Assembly (NCBI GenBank): GCA_004431415.1
Contig: QPMI01000210.1
Coordinates: 1-64,000 of the forward strand
Length of the DNA stretch: 64,000 nucleotides
Reading direction: 5' to 3'
Origin: Cyanophora paradoxa CCMP329
Taxonomy: Eukaryota; Plantae; Glaucophyta
Position 1 is the first letter of the stretch, and every line of letters begins with the position of its first letter. Both the position numbers and the translations under genes were made by a program. Shown one piece after another: positions 10,710-23,596 of this stretch. The notes below the pieces were generated by a model. It was not told where the DNA came from and ran no database searches. It saw nothing but the letters and a program-made list of their open reading frames with translations.

Positions 10710-13422
10710 CTACGGGGTCGGGGGCTCGGGGGCGAGGTGCGGGGCGGGGGCGGGGTGGTGGGGCGGGGGCGAGGGGAGGAGGGCGGGGCGGGAAGTGATG
10801 GTGAGGCGGCAGTCGGGGAGGGCGGCGCGGAGGGCGCGGGCGCGGGCGGGGTCCAGCTGCTCCTCGTGCACCGCGAGCTCCCGGAGGGCGCCCCCGCCCC
10901 CCTCCGCCAGCGCCCCCAGCGCCTCCTCCTCCAGCGGCCCGCCCCCGGCCTTGTCGATCTGCGCACCGCACCGCACCGCTCACAGCCGCCCGGCGCTGCC
11001 GGCGGAGGCGCGCGGGGGGCGGCGGGCCGGGGGACCTCGAGGGCGGTGAGGGCGGGGAAGGCGGCGCGGATGGCGCGGAGGGCGGCCCCCGAGAGGCCCG
11101 CGCTGCCGGCCTTGCGCACGCGCAGCTTGGCGATCGCGGCGCCGGCGCGGGCAGCGGCGGTGGCGGCGAGGGTGGCGGCGGCGAGGGGCCCGTTGAGGCA
11201 GAGGGTGCGGGCGGAGGGGAGGGCGGCGAGGAGGGCGGCGATCTTGTCGCCCTCCTGCCAGGAGTCGTAGAGCCAGAGACTCTTGACGGTGCGGAGGGCG
11301 GCGAGGGCGGCGACGGCGGGCGGGGGCATGCGGCGGAGGGAGAGGCGGAGGTCGGCGACGCGGCGCAGGGAGGGGCGCGCCACCACCGCCGCCACCAGCG
11401 CCTCGTCCGCCTGCGCGCAGCCTCGCGCCGCGCGGCGCGGGGCCGCGCGGGACGGGACGGGGCGCACCTCGTGGTGGAGGTGCAGCGAGTGCCACTCGCG
11501 CTGCGCCTCGGCCGTCAGCGGCGGGGGCGGGGGGGGGGGGGGGGGGGGGGGGAGGGGGGGGGGGCGGCGGCGGCCTCGTGCTCGTCGAGGGCGCGGAGGA
11601 TGGCGGCGGCGGCGGCGGGGGCCACGTGGTTCAGCGAGACGCGCTCGAAGCGGGGGAAGAAGTCGAGCACGAAGCGCGTCTGCGGCGACTTCCGCTGCAG
11701 CGTCAGCAGCTTCAGCTCCCGGTTCTGCCCGCCCCCGCCCCGCCCCGCCCCGTCAAGAGCAGCGGGGGAGAGCAGCAGAGACGGACGCAGGGGCGGGCGG
11801 GGCGGGCCTGGGCGGCGAGGCGGCGCATAAGGGGCTCGTCCGTGACGAGGCCGTACTGCTGGCCCCGCCCCGTCGGGCCCCGCCGGCGGGGCGCGGGGCG
11901 CGGGGCGGGGGCGGCGGGGGCGGAGGACCTTGTCGACGTGGAGGTACTCTAGGTTCGTGAGGGAGGGGATGAGGGGGAAGAAGTTGAGGGAGGCCTCGGA
12001 GTGGAAGGTGCGCAGGCTGGGGCAGCGCATCTCCAGGTCGAAGGCGACCTCCCTGCCCTCCCCCCGTCAGATCCTGCGGGAGCAGCGGGAGGTCCTCGCG
12101 GAGACACCAGTCGGGGAGCTCGTCGCCGAGGCTGGCGTAGAGGGCGTCGCCCTGGAGCTTGAGGACGCGCAGGCGCGCGTGCTCGACGACCAGCACGGGG
12201 TCCACGAACTTGGAGAGGCCCAGCTCCAGGCGCTCCAGGCGCGGCAGCGCCGCCAGCAGCCCCGAGACGTGCCCCGCCCGCAACCACGACTCCCTATCCA
12301 CCGAGAAGCGCAGCTGCCGCACCTGCCCCGCAGCTCAGCGGCGGCGCGGAGGCCGGGCGGGGCGCGCGCGAGGGCGGGGCGGGGCGGGGCGGGTGCCTGG
12401 TGGGCGTGGCGGCGGCAGAGGGCGAGGAGGGTCTCGAACTCGAGGGAGGCGGGCCCCTCGAGGGGCAGGCGGTCGAGGACGAGCTCGAGGCGGAACTCGG
12501 GGCCCAGCGCCACCTCCATCCAGCGCCGGCACACGAGCGCCGCCGTGAAGAGCCGCTGCGGGAAGCGCGCGGGGTCCAGGAAGGAGAAGACGTGCGCCAG
12601 CAGTGCCTCGGGAAGGTCGCTCAGCGTCGCGCCCTCGCCCGCCGCGCCCACGCCCCCCTCCACCTCCTCCTCCCCCGTGGCCGTCGCCTCTTTCTCCTCC
12701 TCGGCCGGCGGGGCGGGGCGGCGGGCGAGGGGCGGGGCGGACTCGGAGTCGCTGCTGGAGCTCGGGGCCGTCGTCGTCGCCGGGTCGCTGAGCGCCTCCG
12801 GCGGGCTCTCCTGGCTCTCCGTCGTCCCCTCCTCCGACGTCCCCGCCCGCTTCCGCTCCGCGCACCGCCACGCCGCCGGCGCCGCCCGCGGCTGCGGCCC
12901 CCGCCGCCGCTGCCCCCGACCAGCTTGCACCGAGGCGAAAGCGCGCGTATACGGCCGACGCACCGACGGGCTTCTGACCAGATCCTCCTTCCACAGTTTC
13001 TCGCTCAGCCTGCCGGGCAGCGCCCTTCGGATCGCGCCGCGACTCGAGGTCAAGAAACGCACGGGTCGCGGCCCTCACGCGGGGCAGGTGGAGCGCTCAA
13101 AAGGTCCTCGAAATCGTATTGACATACTACTGGAGATGCCCAGGAAGGGTCGACATCGACGCCAAACAGCTCCAGGTCCTCCAGAGCGCGCCGGATCCAC
13201 GAATGCGGGTCGTCGACCAGCGTCCTGCACGCAGGCGCGTCATTGAAGCGAGCGGCGCGCGCAGGCGCAAGAGATGAGGGAGGACCGTGCGTAGAGGTGG
13301 AGCAACCGTGCGATGAGGACACCAGCCCGGCGGTCCCGGCGCTCTGCTGGCCGCGCGATTGGCGCTTCCTGCAACTCATGTATCTCCTTCTTGGGGCCGA
13401 ACCAGCAGCGCAGGAAGTCCAT
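10710..13422 (-). CDS. F-box / LRR (RNI-like) protein (multi-exon)
   Basis: F-box LSDLPEALLAHVFSFL...ALVCRRWMEV, followed by LRR-like segments (LPRLERLELG, RCPSLRTFH, LTNLEYLHV). Start exon inferred. Confidence 0.8.
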
Positions 13423-13496
13423 CCTCGATCCTGTACTCCCCCTCGACGAACCGGGTTGCTCCGATCCCTGCAGAGGCTAGCACGAAGGCTGCGGGC

Positions 13497-14802
13497 ATGT
13501 CGGGCGATCGCGGGCCGATTATCATTGGACAGGGCGATGGCTGGGACGTGTCCTCGTGCGCCGCCCACGAAACGACGCCCTGTGCGTCGAATCCGCGTGC
13601 GGCTGACGCGTGCGCCCGCTCGCGTCAGCTTCTGTGTTCCGCCGCACTACCGAGATTCCGTCAGTAAGGTCCTGATCCCCAACGGTGCGAGCACGCGCAC
13701 TTTCTCGCGGCCCTCGCCCGCCGCCACCGATCAAGCGGACGCACGCGCAGGACTTATCATCGACCGCGTCGAGAAGATGGCGCAAGTGCGTGACGCGCGT
13801 GGGATGCGCTGCCGCTGCCTGCGCTGAGGTTGACTTGCCTTCCGCCCGCCAGGACATGATCGCCGATGCCGGTCCGCGGGGCTGCGGCCAGTGCGCGGGA
13901 CGACAAGTGCGCTGATGCCTCGCAGGGAACGAGACCGTGCACTTCCTCTGCGTGCTCAAGGGCGGCGAGCAGTTCTTCAGCGATGTACGTTGAGGAGCGC
14001 TTGCCGAGAACTTTGAATGGCGCGTCTGATGGCGCCCGGCAGTTGATCCACCACACGAAGCGGCTGAGGCGGTACAGCCAGACGTCGAGCGTGCCGTACA
14101 CGCTGGACTTCATCCGCGTCTCCAGCTACGTCAACGAGCGTGCGTCGCGTGGCGCCCGCCCGCCCCGCCCCGCCCCCTCCGCCCGACGCGGCGCGCAGAG
14201 TCGACGGGGGCGGTGAAGATCTCGGGCGCCAAGCCGGAGGAGTACGCGGGCAAGAACATCGTGATCGTGGAGGACATCATCGACACCGGTGCCGGCCCCG
14301 GCCCCGGCGCGCCGAGCGCGGGGCTGCCCCCCGTGAACCGCTTCCGGCAGGCCTCACGATGTCGCGTCTCGTGGAGGAGGTGAGGAGGCACAACCCTAAG
14401 TCGGTGCGGGCCGCCCGCCGCGCCGCTCCGAGCGGCGCTGGGCGCCGAGGGGCCGGGCAGGTGCGGGTCGCGTCGTTGCTGATCAAGCGGAGAGAGGGGC
14501 GGGAGAAGGCCGGTGCGGGGGCGCCTGCGCGGGGGCCATCTGCGGGGGCCGGGGCGAGGCGCGGGGCGCAGGCTTCCAGGCGGACTACGTCGGCTTCTCC
14601 ATCCCCGACTTCTTCGTCGTCGGCTACTGCCTCGTGCGCCCCGCGCCCCGCCGCCCCGCCCCGCCCCGGCGCCCCGCCGCGCGACGCAGCTCACGGCGCC
14701 GTGCGCGCGCGGGGGCAGGACTACAACGAGTACTTCCGGGACCTCGACCACATCTGCCTTATCTCCGACACGGGCAAGGAGAAGTACAGGGTCCAGACGT
14801 AG
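13497..14802 (+). CDS. HPRT: Hypoxanthine-guanine phosphoribosyltransferase (multi-exon)
   Basis: [36 protein letters not shown] motif [39 protein letters not shown]. Confidence 0.96.
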
Positions 14803-15007
14803 CCCGGCTGTGGGCCGAGGTCCCGCTGTGGCGCCACATGCACTCGCAGGTAGATGCTACGATTGCAAGCACAAGTGTACAGAAACCCAGCACGCGAAAT
14901 CAGCTACTAGCTATAGGTTCACTGAATGCCAAACAGCACGCAAAACGAAAATCCATGAACGACTGGCGTTCTCTGAGCTACTACGCGTACGTATACTTAG
15001 TTCGGTG

Positions 15008-15905
15008 TTATACAGCCGCGACGCATCGCATGTACAGCCGCCCCCTCAGAGGGGGCGGGAAATCAAAGTGTCTAGACAGAAAAAAAGGGTTCAAATAGAA
15101 AGGCACCAAAAAGGGGTTCGAGAAGGCGGGGCGGGGGCGGCTGCCGGGGCGCCGCGGCTCAAGACTCGTCGGCGGAGGAGGCGCCGCTGGAGACGGGCTC
15201 ACGGCGGGGCCGCGTGGGCCGCCGCCGCCGCCCCGAGGCGCGGATCCAGACGGCGCGGGAGGAGGCGGCGCTGGGGCCGGCGCTGGGGCGCGGGGCGAGG
15301 GCACGGCGCCGTCGATGACGGGCCAGGCGCGGCCGGCCTCGTCGCGCCAGTCGCGCTCGAAGACGCGCCACTCGGCGTCGATCGTCGGGCCGTGCCGCGG
15401 CACCGGCCGCGCCAGCGTCCCCTCGCGGGGCGGCGCGCGGTAGCCGAGGGGCGGGAGCACCTCGACGTCCGTCGCGAGCACGGCCGGCGTCTCCGCCAGC
15501 GGCGCGTACGGCTCCGTGTTCGGCAGCAGCACGTCCAGCCAGCTCCGCGCCGCGCTCAGGATCGTCGGCGCGTGCCCCGACGCCGACTCCTCCGCCTCCT
15601 CGCGCGGCGGCTGGGCGGCGGCGGCGGGGGCCGGCGGCTCCTCGGGCTCGCCCTCCTCCGAGTCGGATAGCTCGAGCTCCTCGACGGGCAGCTCCGTGGC
15701 CGCCCACGCCGCCTCCTCCGCCTTGCGCCGCCCCGCCACCGCCCAGCTCGGCGCCTCCCCACAGTCCGCGTCGCACGCGCCCGCGCCGCCTCCGCCGCCT
15801 CCCGCGCCCGCGCCCTGGCTGCCGCTACCCGCGCCTGTGCCTTTGCTGCCCGCGCCGCCCGCGCCGCCGCCACTCGCCGCTCCTCCTCCTCCCGCAGCGC
15901 CGTCT

Positions 15906-15936
<31 letters not shown>

Positions 15937-17529
15937 ACGCTTCTCCCGCTGCCGCCGCCGGTACTCCGTGAAGACCGCGAACGGGCCCGCGCCCGCCCCG
16001 CCTCCGCCGCCCGCTCGTCCCGCTCCTCGTGCTCCGGCGAGGCGGCCGCGCGCGCCTCGGGCGACCGCTGCGGCGGCGGAGACGGCTGGGGGGCCGGGGA
16101 CGGCTGCGACGGGCGTCACACGGGGCTATGCGCGGGCGACAAAGCGCGCGTCGCACCGCGCGGTCAAAGATAGGGAATCCGCGTGCAGGCGTGGCAGGTC
16201 GCTTCGAGGCCGACGCCCGCGGCGCACCCGCCGGCTCGGTGCTAGCCGGTTCGCGTGACGCGGTGGCCCCGCGCGCAGGGCTCCGGGGGGGCGCGGCGGA
16301 CGGGGTAGCGGGGCGGGACGGAGTGGCGGGTCGGGACGGAGTGGCGCCCCAGGAGATGACCGGGCGGGGAGACGGGGGCGGGGATGGAGAGGCAGCTGCC
16401 GGCGGGGGAGAGAGTGTCGCTGGCTTCTCCGAGCGTGGAGCAGGAGCGGCCGCGGGGGCGGCCGCCTGCGCCCCCGCGGCCTGGGCCTTGGTGTCCGCCC
16501 CGCGCCCGTCTTCCTCGGCCGCTCCGCCACTGCCCCAGAAGGGCCACCGGAAACCCCAGCCGCCGGTCGCTCTCCTGCCCGCCCCGCCGTCATCGGCCTT
16601 CTCCTCCTCCGGCGCCTCCCGCGTATCCGTCGCCGGCTGCTCGCGCTTCCGCTCCCTCTCGGCTTCCCACTTCGCTTGCAGGAAATCGGTTTCCGTCTCC
16701 TGCCGCATGGGCGCGTGCGGCTCGGCGAGAGACCTCGCAACCGCCGGCGGTTGGAGCTCGGGCTGAAGGGTCGACTTGAATGCAAAGTGGGAGGCGCTGA
16801 GCTCGCTGTAGTCCGCGCTTTCGTAGCTGTAAAACGAATCCATATTCATCATCGTTGTCTCCGCATGGCGCTTGTGTTGGGGCTTGGCCCAGGTCGGCGC
16901 GTCACCGACCGCTCGCGCAGCACGGGCCCGAGCTTCGGCCTCGATGCGCGCCGCTTCGGCTCTGCGCGCAGCAGCAAGCATACGCGCCTCATCGATGCCC
17001 AGGCTGGTGTCGCCACAGGGCGACTGTGCTGCAGCCGGGGTCGCGAGCTGCTGCTGCTGCTGGTGCTCAGGCGCCGGCGAAAGGCCGCGCTCCTCTTCAT
17101 GCCCGTGGTCAGGAGACCACCAGCGCTTTCGCACGGAGTCGAACGCGGACGACGTTGTGCGCCGTAGGAAGTTGAAGTCTTCCTTCAGTAATTCCAGCCC
17201 GAACTTTGATTCATCATCACGGCCCTCGTTCTGCGCTCCACGGGATCAGGCGTGAGAACGCGAAAATGGGTAGATTGACGGAGCTGGGCCAGGGGGCGAG
17301 GGCGCACGGTTGGGGGGGTGGATTGGTCACCGGCACCAATGATTTGAGCTGAAGTCACATGCGTCGCGTGGAGCCGCCTCGTTCCGCGTAGGAAGCGCTC
17401 TTCTCTTCTTCGTTCCGCGCGTACGCGCACGGGCCGGGCGCTCAGGGACAGGAGTCCGCTCCGCGGTGGTTTGAAATCCGTGGGTCGTGCGATCGGTGAG
17501 AGCACCGATGCACAGAAAGCCCCCTGCAT
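15008..17529 (-). CDS. Hypothetical Pro/Ala-rich protein, possibly plastid-targeted (both ends uncertain)
   Basis: Long ORF 15008-17134 with coding-like segments. Upstream MQGAFCASVLSP resembles a transit peptide and can be joined through short introns. No domain recognised. Confidence 0.5.
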
Positions 17530-17866
17530 CCTGCAAAGCGCAACGCCGAGCCCCCCTCCCGCGCAACGCTTTGTTTTTTCTCGAAGCTTTCGCGTACCCG
17601 CACAGTATGTTTCCCCCACTGCCGGGTACACGCAGCGTCGATACAACAGCGCCGCCGTCAGCGTCACGGCGTCTAGAGCGCAACCTATTGGAGTACGAAG
17701 GCGACGGAGTGGACTGTGAGAGAGCGTGGAGGAAGAGCGCGGAGGGCGGGTAAAGCCGGCCCTCGCGCTCCCCGTCTCGGCGTGCTGGCGTTCGTCTCGG
17801 CGGCGGTGCTCGCTCGGTGCGCAGTCGCTGCGTGCACCCCGCCTCCGCGCTCCGTGCGATGACCTC

Positions 17867-20642
17867 ATGATTTGTCACTTGCAACCAGCGCCTGGACGCG
17901 ACCGGGCCCGCAAGGCACGAGGGCGCCAGGCAAATGCCTCAATTACTCGCTATTCCCGAGGCACCGCAAGTTCTTCGTGGAGCGTCGGCCTGTGCGGAGA
18001 AGAGGCGCGCGGTTCGAGGTCCGGGGCGGTCCAGCTGCTGAAGAGCTGGGCGCCGCCGTGCCGGTGCGTCTGCGCGGCAATAGTGTTTTGCAAAGCCCCG
18101 GATCGGTCGCTGAGGGCCCTCGCGGCAGTCGCCGGCGGTCTCGGGAGACGCTGCGGGACCGAGCTCCGATGGGCCTCCGATGGACCCGCGCGCCGAATTC
18201 ATCGGAGAGCTCTTGAGGCTACCGGTGCGCCGTGCTTCTCCGTGCGCTGCCGTGCGCCGCCAGCGTGACCGGACTTGGATGCAGCAGGTGGAGAAGTCAG
18301 CGCCGCCGAGCTCGGGGGCGGGGGCGCGGCCGCACGCGGACGCTTCTCTGGCGTGGAAGCCGCCGCACATCATCGGCGGCGAGCTGCTCGCGCTGGCGCT
18401 CCTCGTCGGCGCCTCCTCGTGCGCCGCCCCGCGCGCCGCCCCGCGCCGGCCGGCCGACGCGGGTGCGGCAGGCTCTGGCTCCGCAAGGTGCTCAAGTGGG
18501 TGCATCGGCGGGTGCGGACGAACCGGACATCCTTCTCCGAGTCCTTCCTCGCCGTGCTCGTGCGGTGCGCGGCGCTCTCGGCGCGCCGGCAGGCCGCGCG
18601 CGACGCCGGGGCAGGCCGATCCAGATCGTGGTCTGGACGCTCGCCTCGTGCCGCTTCGTCGAGGTCGGCCTGCACTACCTCAAGGTGCGCACCGGCCGCC
18701 CCGCGCCGGCGCCGCGCCCGGCGACGGGGCGGGGGCCGGCAGGCCGAGGCGCTGCAGCAGTACGTGGGGCCTGTGCGCGGCCTCGGGTTCGTCGTCGCCT
18801 GCAACATGCTCGCCCTCGGCGTCCGCCCCGCCCGCCCCGCCCCACCGCCCGCGAAGCGGGGCGCGGTGCGACGTCGCCGCAGTGGTGGGCGCGCTGGAGC
18901 GAGACGCGCCTGGGGAAGGTGTCGCAGGAGAAGGAGAAGGACAAGGGGAAGAAGAGCGCGAAGAAGGAGGAGGCGCTGCGGGTGGAGCGGGCGAAGCTCG
19001 ACGGCGTCGGCAAGGCGATCTCCGTCGTCGTCTGGCTCCTCTCCGTCCTCTGCGCCCTCCAGCTCTTCGGCGTCCACATCGGCGGCCTCGTCACCGTGAC
19101 CGGCATCGGCTCCGTCATCGTCGGCCTCGGCGGGCGCGACCTCATCCGTGAGCCCCGCTCTCGCCCGCCCCCCGCACCCCGAGGGGGTGCTGACTGCGGG
19201 GGCAGAGAACTTCTTCGGGGGCATCATGATCTACTTCTCGCAGCCGTTCAGCGTCGGCGAGGTCATCCAGTCCATCCCCGACAACCACGTGCGGCCCCGC
19301 CCCCGCCCCGCGCCGCCCCCCGGCCTGATGGCCCCCCGCGCCCCTTAGAAAGACGTGAAGAAGATTAAGTTCAAAAAGCTCGCCAAGCTCCGCCGGATAA
19401 ATGACAAGAAGAAGCTCTGGGGGGTCCGGCCCCGCGCCGCGCGGCCCTCGAGCTTGGGGCGCGGCCGGCAGGCTGATCCCCGCCCGCCCGGCGCAGATCG
19501 ACGGGACGGTGGAGGAGATCGGATGGCTCCAGACGCGCATCCGCAGTGCGCCGGCCGGCCGCCCGCGCGCGCGCGGCGCCCGCCCCGGGGCGGCGGCTGA
19601 GGCGCGGGCAGGCTTCGAGAAGCGGCCGATCTACGTGCCGAACTCGCTCTTCTCGTCCCTCGTCGTCGTCAACTCCTCCCGCATGTCCAACCGCCGCATC
19701 CGCGCCAACGTGCGCCCCCCCTCGCCGCCCCCGCGCCCCTCGCCCGGCGCCTCGAGCGGGGCCGGCGGCAGCTGCGGCTGCGGCACGAGGACGTGGGCAA
19801 GGTGAAGGACATCGTGGCCGACATCCGCACCATCCTCCGCAAGCACCCCGCTCTCGACGACAAGCAGGCGCCCGCCCCGCGCCCCGAGCTCGCGGCGCGC
19901 GCGCCAAAGCTGAGGCGGCGGGGCAGCACCGGATCGTCTTCTTCGACGCGTACGACGAGTACAGCCTGAACATCCTGGTCTCGGCCTTCACGAAGACGAC
20001 GATCTACGAGGAGTTCATGAACGTCAAGCAGGAGATCCTCCTCATGTGCCACGAGATCCTCAGGAAGCACGGCGCCGAGGCCCGGCCCCGTCCCTCATCC
20101 CTCCCCGCCCAGGCCCGCCCCGCCTCACCGTCCCGCAGCTCGCCCTCTCGACGGGGCGGGTGCTGACGCGGCCGGCGGCGAGCTCGGAGTACTACTCGTT
20201 CTCGCCGCTGCCGCCGATCGACGTGCCGGCGAACGAGTTCCTGGCGTACGAGGACGAGCGGGCGCCCGGGGCGGTGCACGGGCCCGAGCGCGAGGCCCCG
20301 CGCCGCACGTCCCTCACCAACCTCGACGAGCCGCCCGAGGAGGAGCTCTCCTACCCGGAGGAGGCCCCCGCCCCGCCCCCGGCCCCGGCCCCGGCCCCGG
20401 CCCAGGCTCCGGCCCCGGCCCCAGCCCCGGGGCCGGTGACGGTGGCGGTGGCGGTGGGGGCGGGGCCCGGGGAGAAGGGGGGGCGGCGGGAGGAGGGCGG
20501 GGCGCTGGTGGCGGCGCGGCAGGCGGGCGGCTTCAAGGAGTTCTCCCGCCGCACCGCCGAGTCCAACGCCGAGTACGCCCCCGACCCCGACGAGCCCCCC
20601 GCCAACGGCCCCGCCCCCGCCTCCAAGGGCCCCCGCACCTAG
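17867..20642 (+). CDS. MscS-family mechanosensitive channel, YnaI-like (multi-exon; start uncertain)
   Basis: TM helices ending [15 protein letters not shown], then [76 protein letters not shown]. Confidence 0.92.
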
Positions 20643-20752
20643 CCCGCCCCCCTCCTCTTCCTCTCCTCCGAGGCTCCCCCTCGGCGCCCCCGCGCCGTTT
20701 TTTCTTGTTGTCGGGCCCCGGGTCAGATTGATATCTGTCTGCAAATCGGCTG

Positions 20753-21682
20753 CTACTGCGTCTTCTTGGCGCGGCCGGGGGCGCCGCGAGCGCGCTGCTC
20801 GCGCATGTACTCGATCTCCTGCAGGTTGCGGAACACGATGAAGGCTGCGCGCCATTCAGCGACTCAGAGGGGCGGGGAGCGCCGCCTCCAGTGGGCGGCG
20901 CGCGCACCGAGGAGGAGGAGGCTGAGAGCGGAAACCTCCTTGCGGCGGAGGTACCAGGGGAAGGAGGCGAGGGGCGCCGCCGCCTCCGCCTCCGCCACGC
21001 TCGCCGCGAGGCGCCGCCGCAGCGCGCCGCTCCGTACCCCCGCCTCCTCCAGCCGCCGCAGCAGCGCAGCCTCCAGCCACGCCGCGTACGAGTCCTGCCG
21101 TGCCCCAGTCAGCCGGCGCCCGTGCCCGACGCGCGTGTGCGGCGCCGCCCTCGCGCGCGCCTGGAACCAGAACTCATGCCGCTCGGTCGCGGCCATCGCT
21201 CCTAGCTCGGCAACGAGCTCCGCGTGGTCCTCCTTCCAGCCCTGCACGTTGCTCTCGTGCGCCAGGTCGCGCGCGATCCCCAGCCGCTCCTGCGTGTGCC
21301 TGTAAGCTGCGGCCCGCAGGGCTTGGCGAAGCGATCGGCCCGCCTTCAGCTCTTTGTGCGCAAGCTCGCACAGCCTGTGGCGCAGGTCGTCGCCCGCCTG
21401 CTTCCTGAACGCCTCCAGGGCCCGCCCGCTCTCGGCCTGCATCGCCGACTCCAGCTCGTCCGGGTCGCGCGTCGCGTTGACTCCCTCGCGGAACTGCTTG
21501 TTGAACGCCGCGACCTGCTCCTCCAGCAGCCCGGAGCACTTTGACGCTGGGCCGCCGACGGCCTGCTTCGGATTCGCGCGCTCGCCCTTCGCGCGCTCGC
21601 CCTTCGCCGCCGCCGCCGCAGAAACGTGCAGCAATATCAACACGAGCGCTGTCGCCCTCCGGATCCACGTCGGCGCCGGCAT
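20753..21682 (-). CDS. Hypothetical type I membrane protein with signal peptide and C-terminal KKxx motif
   Basis: N-terminus MPAPTWIRRATALVLILLHVSAAAAA. Spliced C-terminus VSALSLLLLAFIVF...GRAKKTQ*. Confidence 0.65.
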
Positions 21683-21876
21683 CTTTAACGCGACCAAGCT
21701 GGCTCGGCGAGGATGCCAAGTGAGAAGAGAGAAGTCGATGAGAAGTCGGACTAAACGAAGCTGCTGGGCCGAGCTGTGCGGCGTGAATGAGCTCGCGAGG
21801 GGGCAGGTCTTTGGGGGTAGAGTCGCACATCGCGCATACCCGGGCTTTTGATTTCGAGGCGACCCAGCGATCGAAA

Positions 21877-23596
21877 ATGGCCTACAACCCGACCCTGGAC
21901 AAGTCCATAACGGAGAAGTTCTACTCCCTCGATATCGGATCCAACGTACGCTACCGCGAGCAGCTCATGGTCGCGACCCTTCGCGTGCGCGCCGTCCTTT
22001 CTAACTTTCCCTATTCTGCGCAGATCCAGGCCGAGTACGTGTGGCTTGGCAACATCTGCCCCACCGGCGAGGACTTCCGCTGCAAGACCCGGGTGGGTGA
22101 TGCGTATGTAGGTATCCGCGCGCGACCGATCTGGGCCCGCAGACGTTCACGGGCACTCTGCCCCCGCTCGATAAGCTCCCGGAGTGGAACTACGATGGCA
22201 GCAGCACAGGCCAGGCCCCTGGCCACGACAGTGAGGTTATCCTGAAGTGCGTCCCTCGGCCGCGGGCCCGTCTTCCGCGATGCGGGATTGTCTCTAAAAC
22301 TTCTTTCAGGCCGGTTCGCGTGTACAAGGACCCCTTCCGCAAGGCCCCCCACGTCCTGGTTCTCTGCGAGACGATGCACCCCGATGGCACCCCGATTCCG
22401 ACGAACACTCGCCACGATTGCAATCGCGCGATGGAGCTGGCCAAGGATCACAAGCCGTGGTTCGTTGACAGCTCTGCGCGCGGCGCCGTTCTGTTGTTGA
22501 CCGGAAGGCTCGCTGCCGCCCCTCAGGTTCGGCCTGGAGCAGGAGTACACTCTGTTTACTTCCGACCGCGTTCCTCTGGGCTGGCCGCGCAATGGCTACC
22601 CCGCCCCTCAGGGCCCCTGTGCGTCGCGCCCCCTCGAGGCGCCCGTTCGCCCCGACCGACCAGTTCGGCCGCAGACTACTGCAGCATCGGCACCGACAAG
22701 GCCTTCGGTCGCGATATCGTTGAAGCTCACTACCGCGCGTGCCTGTACGCCGGTGTGAAGATCAGCGGCATCAACGGCGAAGTGCTGCCCGGCCAGGTCC
22801 GCCCGTACCCCGCGCGCGCGCCCCTTCGGGGCGGCTGAGCGGCGGGGCGCGGGGCGCAGTGGGAGTTCCAGGTTGGCCCGTGCGAGGGCATCGAGGCGGG
22901 GGACGACCTGAACATGGCCCGGTACCTCCTCCACCGCGTCGCCGAGGAGTACGGCGTCATCGTCTCCTTCGACCCGAAGCCCATCCCCGGCGAGTGGAAC
23001 GGCTCCGGCTGCCACACCGTCCGCCCTTCCTCTTTCCTGCCCGCCGCCCCTTTTCGCGCCGCCCTGACCGAGCCGGCGCGGCGCGCAGAACTACAGCACG
23101 GCGCTCATGCGCGCGCCGGGCGGCTACGATGTCATCAAGGCGGCGATCGAGAAGATGAGCAAGAAGCACGCCGAGCACATTGCCGTCTACGGGCAGGGCA
23201 ACGAGGTGCCGCCTTCTGGGGGCCCCGCCGGCCGCCGGCCCCGAGCGCGCCTCACTCGGAACGCAGCGCCGCCTCACCGGACGCTGCGAGACGGCCTCCA
23301 TCCACAGGTTCTCCTGGGTGCGCCCACCGCCCGTGTTCTCGGCGGCGGCGTCGGCGTGACGCCGGGGGCGGGGTTCAGGGCGTGGCGGACCGCGGGAGCT
23401 CAATCCGCGTGCCGCGCGACACTGAGGCCAAGGGCTACGGCTACTTCGAGGACCGTCGGCCCGGTGCGCCGGCTCCCTCGCGGGCCCGAACCAGAGCGGG
23501 GCGCGGCTCACACGGCCGGGCCGCGGCGCAGCGTCGAACATGGACCCGTACCTCGTGACGGGCCGCATCGTCAAGACCACCATCCTCGACGAGTAG
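21877..23596 (+). CDS. GLN1: Glutamine synthetase type II (multi-exon, no transit peptide)
   Basis: [86 protein letters not shown]. Confidence 0.97.
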
